A program made the position numbers and the translations under genes. From NCBI GenBank assembly GCA_963832145.1, contig CAWHTA010000011.1, positions 665,451-729,450 on the forward strand: a stretch of DNA of 64,000 nucleotides, given 5' to 3'. Source of the DNA: an uncultured Acidobacteriota bacterium. Its GTDB lineage: Bacteria; Acidobacteriota; Thermoanaerobaculia; UBA5066; Gp7-AA6. The notes under the pieces were generated by a model. The model was not told the origin of the DNA, ran no database searches, and worked only from the letters and a program-made list of their open reading frames with translations. Below are positions 1 through 8,679 of this stretch, in pieces. Numbering within the stretch: the stretch's first letter is position 1; each line of letters begins with the position of its first letter.

Positions 1-321
1 CGACAGAGCGATCCTCCCGCCGGGAAACGCCCCTCGCGCTCGAGCGAGAGCGGGAAGTTCCCCAAGCGTCCGAAGCCCGAGCAGTACGAGCTCAAGGTTC
101 GATGGGAAACGGCGCGGCAGGTTCTCGAAGTCACTCCGACGGGAGTTCGTTTCGACTTCAGCTCACCATTGAAAGTCGGAACGCGATATCCGGTGAGCCT
201 GAAAGCACCCGGCGTCGCGTTTTCGACGACGCTCGAAGTCGCCCGCTGTCAGCTGACGGTGGATTCCGTGACCGGCCGTTTCTTTCGCGTAACGGGAAAG
301 TTCTTTCCCTACGTCGAGTAG
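1..321 (+). CDS. hypothetical protein, 3' end only (5' truncated by the window edge); beta-rich C-terminus loosely reminiscent of a PilZ-type barrel
   Basis: Frame 1 is open from base 1 to TAG at 319-321 (..VRWETARQVLEVTPTGVRFDFSSPLKVGTRYPVSLKAPGVAFSTTLEVARCQLTV..). It is absent from the ORF track because there is no start in the window. The PilZ resemblance is by eye only. Confidence 0.4.
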   Translation, partial: RQSDPPAGKRPSRSSESGKFPKRPKPEQYELKVRWETARQVLEVTPTGVRFDFSSPLKVGTRYPVSLKAPGVAFSTTLEVARCQLTVDSVTGRFFRVTGKFFPYVE

Positions 322-331
322 TCGCTACCGG

Positions 332-802
332 CTACCGGCTGCCGGCGCCCGACTTTCCCCGGACGAACCGATAGGCCACGTGCCACGCGGAAACGCGGAC
401 CTCGCGGTCGTGAACGAGGCCGCCCTTGCCGAGTCCCGTGACGAGGTCGGAGAGCTCGAGCCGGTGAACGGCGGGAGTCGTGGGTCCCCGGACCTTTCTC
501 ATCGCGGTCACCGCCCAGACGATCCCGTCGGCTTCGAGCCGTTTCACGGCGCCGTCGAAGACTGCCCGCGAGCCGGCCCGGTCTTCCCGCCAGACGAGGA
601 TCGCGTCGAAAGTTTCCTTGATCGCGCGGATCGCGTCTCCGGTCGACTCGAGGGTGACGAGTGGCTCGGGCCGCGCCTTTCGGAGGAGAGCGCGCAGGGG
701 CTCCGGAGCGTCGATCACCAGGAGGCGATCGGGCCGGTCGAGCTCGAGCCGGGCGACGAGCCCGCCCGGGTTCTTGATCGGAGCGTCCTTCAGGGCCGGC
801 AA
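332..802 (-). CDS. DUF3052-like hypothetical protein
   Basis: 156-aa ORF with non-shadow composition. The C-terminal ..DGIVWAVTAMRK..LVHDREVRVSAWHVAYRFVRGK resembles the DUF3052 pattern (..WvawPKk..GLvDvKv.AvdetWSglrfv.R). Confidence 0.55.
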   Translation of the reverse strand: MPALKDAPIKNPGGLVARLELDRPDRLLVIDAPEPLRALLRKARPEPLVTLESTGDAIRAIKETFDAILVWREDRAGSRAVFDGAVKRLEADGIVWAVTAMRKVRGPTTPAVHRLELSDLVTGLGKGGLVHDREVRVSAWHVAYRFVRGKSGAGSR

Positions 803-882
803 GATGTCACCGGATTGGCACGAGCTTCGCTGTATGGTGACCGAGCCCCCGGCGGCTCGTTCGAAAAGGAGGAGACCACATC

Positions 883-1032
883 ATGCTTTGGACCATTTTC
901 ATCATCCTGCTGGTTCTCTGGCTCCTGGGTCTCATCTCGGGCTACACCATCGGTGGGTTCATTCACATCCTGCTCGTCATCGCGGTCGTCGTTCTCATCA
1001 TCCGGCTGATCCAGGGTCGCCCGGTCGTCTGA
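883..1032 (+). CDS. lmo0937-family small membrane protein (49 aa)
   Basis: ATG at 883 preceded by AAAGGAGGAG (866-875). The translation MLWTIFIILLVLWLLGLISGYTIGGFIHILLVIAVVVLIIRLIQGRPVV matches the conserved lmo0937-type peptide. It is below the ORF-track length cutoff. Confidence 0.75.
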   Translation: MLWTIFIILLVLWLLGLISGYTIGGFIHILLVIAVVVLIIRLIQGRPVV

Positions 1033-1090
1033 GCATCCTCTCGATTTCGCCGTAGTCGACGGGCCCCGGTCTCCGGGGCCCTTTGTTTGA

Positions 1091-1528
1091 TCACCCGGCG
1101 CGGCGGTGCGCCTTCGAAAAGACCCAGACGAGATAGCCGATGAAGCCGATTCCGAGCACGACGACCGGGACGGCGAGCGCCGGCATCTGGCGGCGCAGGA
1201 TCAGGAAGAGCAGAACGAATATCGCCCCGAAGGCCGCGACCGAAAGCCCCGCGGCGAAGAGGAGAGTCCGACTCGGGCGCTTCTTCTTCGCCTCCCACGG
1301 GAGAACCTTCAAGAGCTCGAGCTGCCGCGCCGCGTCCTGGGGAATCGCCGGTCGGTCGATCCACTTCACCGCCTCGGGCGCTTCGAAGCCGTCCTTCAGG
1401 TCGGCCGGAAACGTCTCCCCGCAGTAAACACAGTGGGGCAGTCTCCATGCCGCGATGGGACGTTGGCAGCGGGGACAGAGGGGGCCGGGTGTTGCGGAGC
1501 TCATGGCTGATCTGTCGAGGCTCGACAC
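1091..1528 (-). CDS. zinc-ribbon membrane protein, function unknown
   Basis: 145-aa ORF with CPRC..CVYC followed by two hydrophobic helices. It is divergent from asd. The start could be the internal Met at 1504. Confidence 0.55.
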   Translation of the reverse strand: MSSLDRSAMSSATPGPLCPRCQRPIAAWRLPHCVYCGETFPADLKDGFEAPEAVKWIDRPAIPQDAARQLELLKVLPWEAKKKRPSRTLLFAAGLSVAAFGAIFVLLFLILRRQMPALAVPVVVLGIGFIGYLVWVFSKAHRRAG

Positions 1529-1622
1529 GATTATACGGGCGCATCGGCGACGTTAGACTGTAGAGAAGTCGCATGTGGCCAGCCGTATCTCTTTGCGCGC
1601 CTCGTCTCACATCTCTCACGCG

Positions 1623-2669
1623 ATGAAAATCCCCGTCGGAATCCTCGGCGCGACCGGAACGGTCGGCCAGCGCTTCATCGAGCGGCTCGTCGACCATCCC
1701 TGGTTCGAGATCACGGCGCTCGCGGCCTCCGAGCGATCGGCGTCGCGCCCCTACGGCGAGGCGGCGCGCTGGCGGCTCCTCTCGTCGTTGCCGGACCACA
1801 TCGCGTCGATGAAGGTTGCCCACGTGGCGGACGAGCTCCCTTGCCGCGTCGTGTTCTCGGCCCTCGACGCGGCGACGGCTCGCGAGGTCGAACCGCTCTT
1901 CGCTCGCCGCGGCGCTTTTGTTTTCTCGAACGCGTCGGCGCATCGGATGGACGACGACGTTCCGCTCCTGATCCCCGAAATCAACCCGGACTCTCTCGAC
2001 GTCCTCGATCGACAGCGCGCCGCGCGCGGGTGGAAGGGGTCCCTCGTAACGAACGCCAACTGCTCGACCATTTTTCTCGCGATGGCTCTCGCGCCGCTCG
2101 ACCGGGCGTTCGGAGTAGAGAAGGCTTTCGTTTCGACGATGCAGGCGGTCTCCGGGGCGGGGTATCCCGGGGTTCCCTCGCTCGACATCCTCGGCAACGT
2201 CGTTCCGGACATTCCGGAGGAGGCGGCGAAGATCGAGCGCGAAGTCGCGAAGATCCTCGGGGGAGCACCCGGCGCGGCCTCGCGCGCTTCGACCCTGGTA
2301 ATTTCGGCGATGACTTACCGGGTCCCTGTCGAGGACGGCCACACCGAATCGGTGTCCCTCGGTTTCTCCCGAAAGGCCGGAGCGGCCGACGTCGAGGCCG
2401 CCTGGGAGGATTTCCGCGGGCGCGAGGACGTCGCCGCGCTGCCGTCCGCACCGCCGCGCCCGGTGCTCTACCTGCGCGAACCCCAGCGACCGCAGCCCCG
2501 CCGGGACGTCAACGCCGCCGAGGGGATGTGCACGACCGTGGGGGGCCTGAAGCCCTGCCCGGTGCTCGACTGGAAATTCACCGTGCTCGGCCACAACACG
2601 GTTCGCGGCGCCGCAGGCGCCTCCATCCTGAACGCGGAGCTCGCCGTATCGAAGGGCCTGCTCTCGTGA
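1623..2669 (+). CDS. asd: aspartate-semialdehyde dehydrogenase
   Basis: [18 protein letters not shown].. (Rossmann N-terminus) and ..NANCSTI.. active-site Cys region. The start was moved to the ATG at 1623 inside ORF 1575..2669. Confidence 0.9.
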   Translation: MKIPVGILGATGTVGQRFIERLVDHPWFEITALAASERSASRPYGEAARWRLLSSLPDHIASMKVAHVADELPCRVVFSALDAATAREVEPLFARRGAFVFSNASAHRMDDDVPLLIPEINPDSLDVLDRQRAARGWKGSLVTNANCSTIFLAMALAPLDRAFGVEKAFVSTMQAVSGAGYPGVPSLDILGNVVPDIPEEAAKIEREVAKILGGAPGAASRASTLVISAMTYRVPVEDGHTESVSLGFSRKAGAADVEAAWEDFRGREDVAALPSAPPRPVLYLREPQRPQPRRDVNAAEGMCTTVGGLKPCPVLDWKFTVLGHNTVRGAAGASILNAELAVSKGLLS

Positions 2670-2697
2670 AGCGTTCTCGATTCTGAGAACCTCTCTC

Positions 2698-4047
2698 GTG
2701 CTCGTCCAGAAATTCGGCGGCACCTCGCTCGAAGACGCCGCCGCCCTGGAGCGCGCCTGCGCGATCGTCGGCGCGGCCGCGGCGTCGTCCCGTCCCGTCG
2801 TCGTCGTCTCCGCGATGGGCGACACGACGGACCGGCTCGTCGACGCGCTCGAACAGGCGGCGGCCGGGGAGGAGTCGCGGTCGATCTCGGGTCTCGCGCG
2901 ACTGAAGCGCGACACCGAAACGGTTCTTCGCGAATTCTTCGCGGGCGCATCCCCCGGGATCGAGGCGGAGATCGCGCCTCTCTTCGCCGAGCTCACGCGG
3001 ATGGCGAAGGCGGTCGCCGTGCTGCGTTCGGTGCCGGCCGCCGGCCGCGATCACTTTCTCGCGCACGGCGAGATGACCTCCGCTGCGGTCGTCGCCCGCG
3101 CCCTCGCCGCGAGATCCGTCCCGGCCGTGGCTGTCGACTCGCGGGAGGTCGTCGTCACCGATGACCGCTTCGGACGCGCCCAGCCGGACCTCGAGGAGAC
3201 GGAGCGCCGCGCGCGCGACCGCCTCCTCCCGATCTGCGAGCGCGGGGAGGTTCCCGTGCTCGAGGGATACATCGGGTCGAGTCACGCCGGGGCGACGACC
3301 ACGCTCGGACGGGGCGGGTCCGACTACACGGCGGCGCTCCTGGGCGCCGCCCTCGAAGCCAAAGCCGTCGAGATCTGGACGGACGTGGACGGCATGATGA
3401 CCGCGGACCCGCGCGTCGTTCCCGCGGCGCGGCCCATCGGTGCGATCTCCTTCGAGGAGGCGTCCGAGCTCGCGTATTTCGGGGCCCGGGTCCTCCACCC
3501 GCTGACGCTCGCGCCCGCAATCGAAAAGGGGATCCCGGTGCGCGTGAAGAACGCGAAGCGCCCCGACTTCCCGGGCACCGAGATCCGCGCCTCCGCCGAC
3601 TCGGGCGGCCAGCGCGTCCGGTCGATCGCCTTCAAGAAGGGGATCGCGACTGTCGACGTGGTGACGAGCCGAATGCTCATGGCGGCGGGATTCCTGCGCA
3701 CGCTCTTCGACGTCTTCGCGCGTTGGGAGACCGCGGTCGACATGGTCACCACGTCCGAGATATCGGTTTCGGTGACCCTGGACGACCTTTCGCGCCTGCC
3801 GGAGATCCGCCGCGATCTCGAACGGCTCGCCCAGGTCGAAGTCGGCCGCGATCGCGCGATCGTCTGTCTCGTCGGCCAGGACATCAAGTTCACGCCGGGC
3901 ATTGCCGCGCGGATCTTCCGGACCATCGGAGACGTCAACGTCCTCATGATTTCCCAGGGGGCGTCGCGCCGGAACGTGTCCTTCGTGGTCGAGGAACGGG
4001 ACGTCGAAGAGGTCGTGCGTCGGCTGCACGGGGAGTTTTTTGAATAG
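2698..4047 (+). CDS. lysC: aspartate kinase
   Basis: MLVQKFGGTSL.., ..LGRGGSDYTAALLGAAL.., and C-terminal ACT-like repeats. Follows asd. Confidence 0.9.
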   Translation: MLVQKFGGTSLEDAAALERACAIVGAAAASSRPVVVVSAMGDTTDRLVDALEQAAAGEESRSISGLARLKRDTETVLREFFAGASPGIEAEIAPLFAELTRMAKAVAVLRSVPAAGRDHFLAHGEMTSAAVVARALAARSVPAVAVDSREVVVTDDRFGRAQPDLEETERRARDRLLPICERGEVPVLEGYIGSSHAGATTTLGRGGSDYTAALLGAALEAKAVEIWTDVDGMMTADPRVVPAARPIGAISFEEASELAYFGARVLHPLTLAPAIEKGIPVRVKNAKRPDFPGTEIRASADSGGQRVRSIAFKKGIATVDVVTSRMLMAAGFLRTLFDVFARWETAVDMVTTSEISVSVTLDDLSRLPEIRRDLERLAQVEVGRDRAIVCLVGQDIKFTPGIAARIFRTIGDVNVLMISQGASRRNVSFVVEERDVEEVVRRLHGEFFE

Positions 4048-4120
4048 CTGTCAGCTATCAGCCATCAGCTGTCAGCCAGACCGGAGCCCAACTGATAGCT
4101 GAAAGCTGAAAGCTGATAGC
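4046..4120. repeat. palindromic array of heptamer repeats (AGCTRTC x5, spacer, CTGAWAG x4)
   Basis: AGCTGTC AGCTATC AGCCATC AGCTGTC AGCCAGA (4046-4080), then CTGATAG CTGAAAG CTGAAAG CTGATAG (4092-4119). The two arms are reverse complements. It fills the lysC-dapB gap and overlaps the lysC TAG. Confidence 0.85.
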
Positions 4121-4128
4121 TTCCCTCC

Positions 4129-4851
4129 ATGCGCTTCGGCCTCGTCGGAGCGGGAAAGATGGGCCGCGAAATCGAAGTCGTTTCGGTGCGTCGCGGGCAT
4201 GACGTCGTGTGGACTCTCGACTCGAGCGAGAACGCGGGAGCCGCCGGACTGACACCCTCGCGCCTTTCCGGCGCCGACGTCGTTTTCGAGTTCACGAATC
4301 CGGGCGCCGCCCCCGCCAACCTCCTCGCGCTCGGGAAATCCGGCGCTGCCGTTGTTTGCGGAACCACCGGCTGGGATCGCGACCTCCCGCAGGTCACGTC
4401 GGCTTTTCTCGCGGGCGGCGGAGCGCTCGTTTACGCCGCGAACTTTTCCGTCGGGGTGCGCCACTTCCTCGATGTCGCCCGGCTCGCGGCGTCCCTCTAT
4501 CCCGCCGCCGGTTACGCCGCGTTCCTCGTGGAGGAGCACCACGCGGAAAAGAGAGACGCGCCTTCCGGCACCGCGCGGAAGATCGCCGCTGTCGTCGAAG
4601 CGGAGTCGGGCGTCCCTCCGAGCGTGTCGAGCGTCCGGGCGGGAACGGTTCCGGGGCTTCACCGGCTGGTGTTCGAGTCGCCCGAGGACGAGGTGGAGCT
4701 CGTTCACCGCGCCCGCGGCCGAGCCGGGTTCGCGCGCGGCGCGGTGTGGGCGGCCGAACGCGTCGCCGGCCGCAAGGGGGTTTTCGAGTTCGGCGACCTG
4801 TTGCGGGAAGGCGCAACAGCCAGGAAAGGGCGGGGTCAGGATTTATCCTGA
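4129..4851 (+). CDS. dapB: 4-hydroxy-tetrahydrodipicolinate reductase
   Basis: MRFGLVGAGKMGREI.. and ..EEHHAEKRDAPSGTA.. (the E-x-HH-x-K-x-DAPSGTA DapB signature). Confidence 0.88.
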   Translation: MRFGLVGAGKMGREIEVVSVRRGHDVVWTLDSSENAGAAGLTPSRLSGADVVFEFTNPGAAPANLLALGKSGAAVVCGTTGWDRDLPQVTSAFLAGGGALVYAANFSVGVRHFLDVARLAASLYPAAGYAAFLVEEHHAEKRDAPSGTARKIAAVVEAESGVPPSVSSVRAGTVPGLHRLVFESPEDEVELVHRARGRAGFARGAVWAAERVAGRKGVFEFGDLLREGATARKGRGQDLS

Positions 4852-4903
4852 CCCCTCTTGTCTTAGGTGAGTGGCGGGAGTCAGATTTCTTCTGACCCCT
4901 CCC
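4832..4903. repeat. two GGGGTCAG...CTGACCCC hairpin units (REP-like; possible dapB terminator)
   Basis: GGGGTCAGGA-TTTA-TCCTGACCCC (4832-4855, perfect 10-bp stem) and GGGAGTCAGATTTCTTCTGACCCC (4876-4899). The first unit overlaps the dapB stop. Confidence 0.75.
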
Positions 4904-4947
4904 AGAAAGGTGTCAGTTGAAACTGACTCCACTTCGGAGGAATAGAC

Positions 4948-5859
4948 GTGCATCGCGTTGACTGGAAAGGCTGCGGGACGGCCCTCGTCACGCCGTTCGA
5001 CGAAAAGGGACGGATCGACTTCCGCGCCCTCGCGAAGCTGGTCGAGTGGCAGATCGAACAGGGCATCGATTTCCTCGTGCCGTGCGGCACCACCGGAGAA
5101 TCGGCCACGCTCTCCGGCGAGGAACGAAAAGGAGTCACGGCCGCCGTCGTGAAAGCGGCGGACGGGCGAGTTCCAGTGATCGCGGGCGCCGGCGGTAACC
5201 ACACCGCAAAGGCCGTCTTCTGGGCGCGCGACGCGGTGGACGCGGGCGCGGACGGTCTCCTCTCGGTGTCGCCCATGTACAACCGGCCCTCGCCGGACGG
5301 CCTGGTGCGGCACTTCTCGGCGATCGCCGAAGCCGCGGACCTGCCGATGATCGTCTACAACGTTCCGACGCGGACCGGGACGGACATGGACGTCGACACG
5401 ATCCTGCGGCTCACCGAGATCCCGCACGTCGTCGGGCTCAAGGAAGCGTCTCCCAACTTCGGAAAGATCGCGCGGCTCATGGCGGCACTGCCGGAGGACT
5501 TCGTCGTCTTCTCGGGAGAGGACTCGACAGCGCTCGCGCTCATCGCGCTCGGAGGCCGCGGACTCATCTCGGTCGCGTCGAACGAGATCCCGCGCGAGAT
5601 GACGGCGCTCGTCGCGGCGGCGCTCGAGGGGCGCGCCGACGAGGCGCGGAAGCTCCAGCGGAAATACCTACCCCTCATGGAGATGAACTTCTGGGACTCG
5701 AGCCCCGGTCCGGCGAAGGCCGCGCTCTCGGCGATGGGGAGGTGCGGCGACACGGTCCGGCTGCCGCTCGTCGCGGTCCGCGACGACATGCGCCGCCGCA
5801 TCGAGAAGCTGCTCGGGGGCCTGAAGCTCCTGCCGAAGAAGGCCGCCGCCGCGCGCTGA
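4948..5859 (+). CDS. dapA: 4-hydroxy-tetrahydrodipicolinate synthase
   Basis: ..GTALVTPF.., ..PCGTTGESATLS.., ..YNVPTRTG.., ..VGLKEAS.. (DapA/NAL family motifs including the Schiff-base Lys). Confidence 0.9.
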   Translation: MHRVDWKGCGTALVTPFDEKGRIDFRALAKLVEWQIEQGIDFLVPCGTTGESATLSGEERKGVTAAVVKAADGRVPVIAGAGGNHTAKAVFWARDAVDAGADGLLSVSPMYNRPSPDGLVRHFSAIAEAADLPMIVYNVPTRTGTDMDVDTILRLTEIPHVVGLKEASPNFGKIARLMAALPEDFVVFSGEDSTALALIALGGRGLISVASNEIPREMTALVAAALEGRADEARKLQRKYLPLMEMNFWDSSPGPAKAALSAMGRCGDTVRLPLVAVRDDMRRRIEKLLGGLKLLPKKAAAAR

Positions 5860-5881
5860 ACGGCGCCGCGCAGTACCGCGA

Positions 5882-6727
5882 ATGCCGCGCCCACCGGAGG
5901 ATCTCGCCCGGGCCATCGAAGAAGCGTTCGCCGATCCGGACGCCCAGCCGGCCGACGCGCTGCGGCAGCTCGTCGAGGACCTGAAAGCGGGTCTGAACGA
6001 CGGATCCATCCGCGCCGCGGAAAAAGAGGGGGACCGCTGGGTGCCGCGGGCCTGGGTCAAGCAGGGGATCCTTCTCGGCTTCCGCGTCGGCGTGATTCGG
6101 GAAGCGTCCACCGGCTCCGGCTTTCCGTTCTTCGACAAGGACACGTTTCCGGTTCAGGAGCTGACCGTGGGCTCGGGCGTCCGGATCGTGCCGGGCGGCA
6201 CCTCCGTCCGCGACGGTTGTTACGTCGGACGCGGGGTGACCATCATGCCGCCCTCCTTCGTCAACGTCGGCGCGTGGATCGGCGAGGAAACGATGATCGA
6301 CTCCCACGTCCTGATCGGCTCCTGCGCCCAGATCGGAAGACGGGTCCACGTTTCGGCCGGGGCGCAGATCGGCGGCGTGCTCGAGCCGGTGGGGGAGCTT
6401 CCCGTCGTGATCGAGGACGAGGTGCTCGTCGGGGGCAACTGCGGAATCTACGAGGGCGCGATCGTGCGGGAGCGCGCGGTGCTCGCCGCGGGGGTCATCC
6501 TGACCGGCGGCACGCCGGTTTACGACGTGGTCCGCGGCGAGGAGTACCGCAAGCGCCCGGGCATCCCGCTCGAGATCCCCCCCGGCGCAGTTGTCGTTCC
6601 CGGCGCTCGGGCGATCCGGGAGGGCCGGGGCTCCGAGTGGGGCCTCTCCCTTCAGACCCCCGTGATCGTCAAGTATCGGGACGAGAAGACGGAAGCCTCC
6701 GTCGGGCTCGAAGACCTGCTGCGCTGA
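5882..6727 (+). CDS. dapD: 2,3,4,5-tetrahydropyridine-2,6-dicarboxylate N-succinyltransferase
   Basis: Left-handed beta-helix hexapeptide repeats and a C-terminal ..VIVKYRDEKTEASVGLEDLLR typical of DapD. Confidence 0.85.
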   Translation: MPRPPEDLARAIEEAFADPDAQPADALRQLVEDLKAGLNDGSIRAAEKEGDRWVPRAWVKQGILLGFRVGVIREASTGSGFPFFDKDTFPVQELTVGSGVRIVPGGTSVRDGCYVGRGVTIMPPSFVNVGAWIGEETMIDSHVLIGSCAQIGRRVHVSAGAQIGGVLEPVGELPVVIEDEVLVGGNCGIYEGAIVRERAVLAAGVILTGGTPVYDVVRGEEYRKRPGIPLEIPPGAVVVPGARAIREGRGSEWGLSLQTPVIVKYRDEKTEASVGLEDLLR

Positions 6728-6747
6728 AGGCTGGATAGAATCCCCCC

Positions 6748-7086
6748 ATGGCATTCGATACCGAAGACCTCCGCAAGGGGCGCGAGAACGACTGGTTCCG
6801 ACAGAACGAAGAGAAGATGATCGAAGCGGCGCGAAAGCGCCGGCAGGAGGCGGAGCAGCAGGCGCAGTCCGCCGAGGCCGAGGCACGGCGCGCCGCGCAC
6901 TGGCGCAAGTGCCCGAAGTGCGGGAGCGACATGGCGGTCCAGACGATCGCCGACATCGAGATCGAGAAGTGCTCCTCGTGCGAGGGCATCTTCTTCGACC
7001 GCGGCGAGCTCGAGCAGCTCCTGACGAAGCAGGAGGGGCAGCGTCGCGGATTCTTCCGCAAGCTCCTCGGCTTCAGCGCCGAGTAA
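6748..7086 (+). CDS. TFIIB-type zinc-ribbon domain protein
   Basis: CPKCGSDM..EIEKCSSCEGIFFDRGELEQL matches the zf-TFIIB bacterial family; coiled-coil N-terminus. Confidence 0.65.
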   Translation: MAFDTEDLRKGRENDWFRQNEEKMIEAARKRRQEAEQQAQSAEAEARRAAHWRKCPKCGSDMAVQTIADIEIEKCSSCEGIFFDRGELEQLLTKQEGQRRGFFRKLLGFSAE

Positions 7087-7088
7087 CT

Positions 7089-7170
7089 GGGGTCAGACCG
7101 CTATCCGCGTGATCGGGCTGCAGTGTCCCTGACACTTTGCGCGCAAAGTGTCAGGTGGAGACCTGACCCC
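7089..7170. terminator. nested hairpin between convergent genes (bidirectional terminator candidate; GGGGTCAG-family outer stem)
   Basis: Perfect 13-bp palindrome CCTGACACTTTGC-GC-GCAAAGTGTCAGG (7128-7155) nested inside GGGGTCAG (7089-7096) / CTGACCCC (7163-7170). There is no clear T-run. Confidence 0.55.
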
Positions 7171-7172
7171 GG

Positions 7173-8561
7173 TTACCGCTTCGCCGCTCCCGGCTCGAGG
7201 TCTCCGACGCGGCGGAAGTAGTCGGCGAACGCCGCCATCCCGCCCTCGGCCTGGCCCCAGTCGAAGTTCTCGTTGGGCGCGTGGTAACCGTGCTCGGGGA
7301 GCGACAGCCCGAGGAAAAAGACGGGTGACTTGAACACCTTCTCCATCGAGAGGACCGCTCCGATCGAGCCCCCCTCGCGGACGAAGACCGGTTCCTTGCC
7401 GAACGCGAATTTCATCGCGCCGCGGATGGCGTCGGCGTACGGCCCCGTCGTCTTGCCCTTGTAGGCCGGAAGGGTGTGCTCCGCGGACACCTTCACGTCG
7501 GGGTTCCGTTCCTTCACGAAGTCGGTCACGAGGCGGACGATCTTCTTGGGATTCATCTCCGGGACGAGCCGGCACGACACGATCGCTGTCGCCTTGGGGG
7601 GGATGATCGTCTTGACGCCCGGTCCCTGGTATCCGCCGGCGATTCCGTGGACCTCGAACGTCGGCATCATCCACACGCGCTTCATGATCTCGAGCGCGTC
7701 GTCGACGCGCAGCGAGCGGAACAGGTGGTCGCGCTTGAAGTCCCGCGTCGTGAATCCCGAGTTCTTCAGGTCTTCGAGCTCACGCTTCGTCGGCGGAACG
7801 ACGTCGGAATAGAAGCCGGGGATCTTGACGCGGCCGGTCTTGCCGTCAACGCAATCGGCGATCAACTGGCACATCTCCGTGACCGGGTTGCGCGCCGCGC
7901 CGCCCGCGGTCCCGGAGTGCTGATCGGTCTCGCCCGTCTGGAGGGTAAAGCGGAAGCCCTGGAGCCCGCGGAGTCCGGCGGGCTGCGCCGGGCGGGACCG
8001 AGAGACCCACACCGTGTCGGACACCACGACGGAGTCCGTGGCGAATTCCTTCGCGTGCTCCTTGATCGTCGTTTCGAAGTGAGGGCTGCCGATCTCTTCC
8101 TCGAGCTCCCAGAGGAAGTTGATGTTGACGGGGACGTCGTTTTCCCACGCGTAGCGGGCTCCGAAGAGCGCCGTGATCGCCGGGCCCTTGTCGTCGGTGG
8201 TGCCGCGGCCGAAATACCGTCCGTCCTTCTTGACGAACTGGAAAGGCGGCGTCTTCCAGTCCGGCCCTTCCGCGGGCTGAACGTCGAGGTGGTTGTAGAC
8301 CGTGATCGTCGGGAGGTTCGCGCGCCGCTGGAAGCGTCCGAAGACGATCGGGTGACCCTTCGTTTCGTAGAGGCGCGCCTTGGCGCCGCACGACTCGAGG
8401 AGAGACACGGCGTATTCCGCTCCCTTGCGGACGTCCGCTTTCCGCTCGGGCTCGACGGACACCGTCGGAATCTCGACGATCTTTTCGAGGATCTTTTCGT
8501 ACTCGCCGCGTCCGGACGCGGCGTACTTGCGCAGGTCTTCCTTCTTGAACTCTCCGGCCAT
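7173..8561 (-). CDS. M20-family metallohydrolase (dipeptidase / deacylase type)
   Basis: ..YNHLDVQPAEGPDWKTPPFQFVKKDGRYFGRGTTDDKGP.. is the M20 metal-binding signature. Its position next to dapD makes a DapE-like role possible but unproven. Confidence 0.8.
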   Translation of the reverse strand: MAGEFKKEDLRKYAASGRGEYEKILEKIVEIPTVSVEPERKADVRKGAEYAVSLLESCGAKARLYETKGHPIVFGRFQRRANLPTITVYNHLDVQPAEGPDWKTPPFQFVKKDGRYFGRGTTDDKGPAITALFGARYAWENDVPVNINFLWELEEEIGSPHFETTIKEHAKEFATDSVVVSDTVWVSRSRPAQPAGLRGLQGFRFTLQTGETDQHSGTAGGAARNPVTEMCQLIADCVDGKTGRVKIPGFYSDVVPPTKRELEDLKNSGFTTRDFKRDHLFRSLRVDDALEIMKRVWMMPTFEVHGIAGGYQGPGVKTIIPPKATAIVSCRLVPEMNPKKIVRLVTDFVKERNPDVKVSAEHTLPAYKGKTTGPYADAIRGAMKFAFGKEPVFVREGGSIGAVLSMEKVFKSPVFFLGLSLPEHGYHAPNENFDWGQAEGGMAAFADYFRRVGDLEPGAAKR

Positions 8562-8679
8562 CGGGCCTCCTCGCTCGTGAAAAGGGGGCGATTCTAAGCT
8601 ATGGGCTGTCAGTCTTTGGAGAGTCTGGAAGAGTCAACTCGGTGGCTTAGTCAGCCATGGGACGCTGCCCCGCGGCCGT

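Noticed and set aside
1529-1622. Lysine riboswitch (L-box) or other leader upstream of asd/lysC.
   Set aside because: The spacer is too short (under 100 nt) and lacks the conserved L-box helices and motifs as far as I can judge by eye.
963-2996. 677-aa ORF antisense to asd/lysC. Similar very long ORFs: 2578..4029(-), 8651..10855(-), 23401..25908(-), 35693..37957(+), 36024..37964(-), 45560..47944 C-terminal half, 57006..59915(-) upstream part, and 13068..14720(-).
   Set aside because: Their composition is dominated by R/P/G/A, typical of shadow frames in GC-rich DNA. Each overlaps a gene with clear family motifs on the other strand or frame, and no recognisable domains are present.
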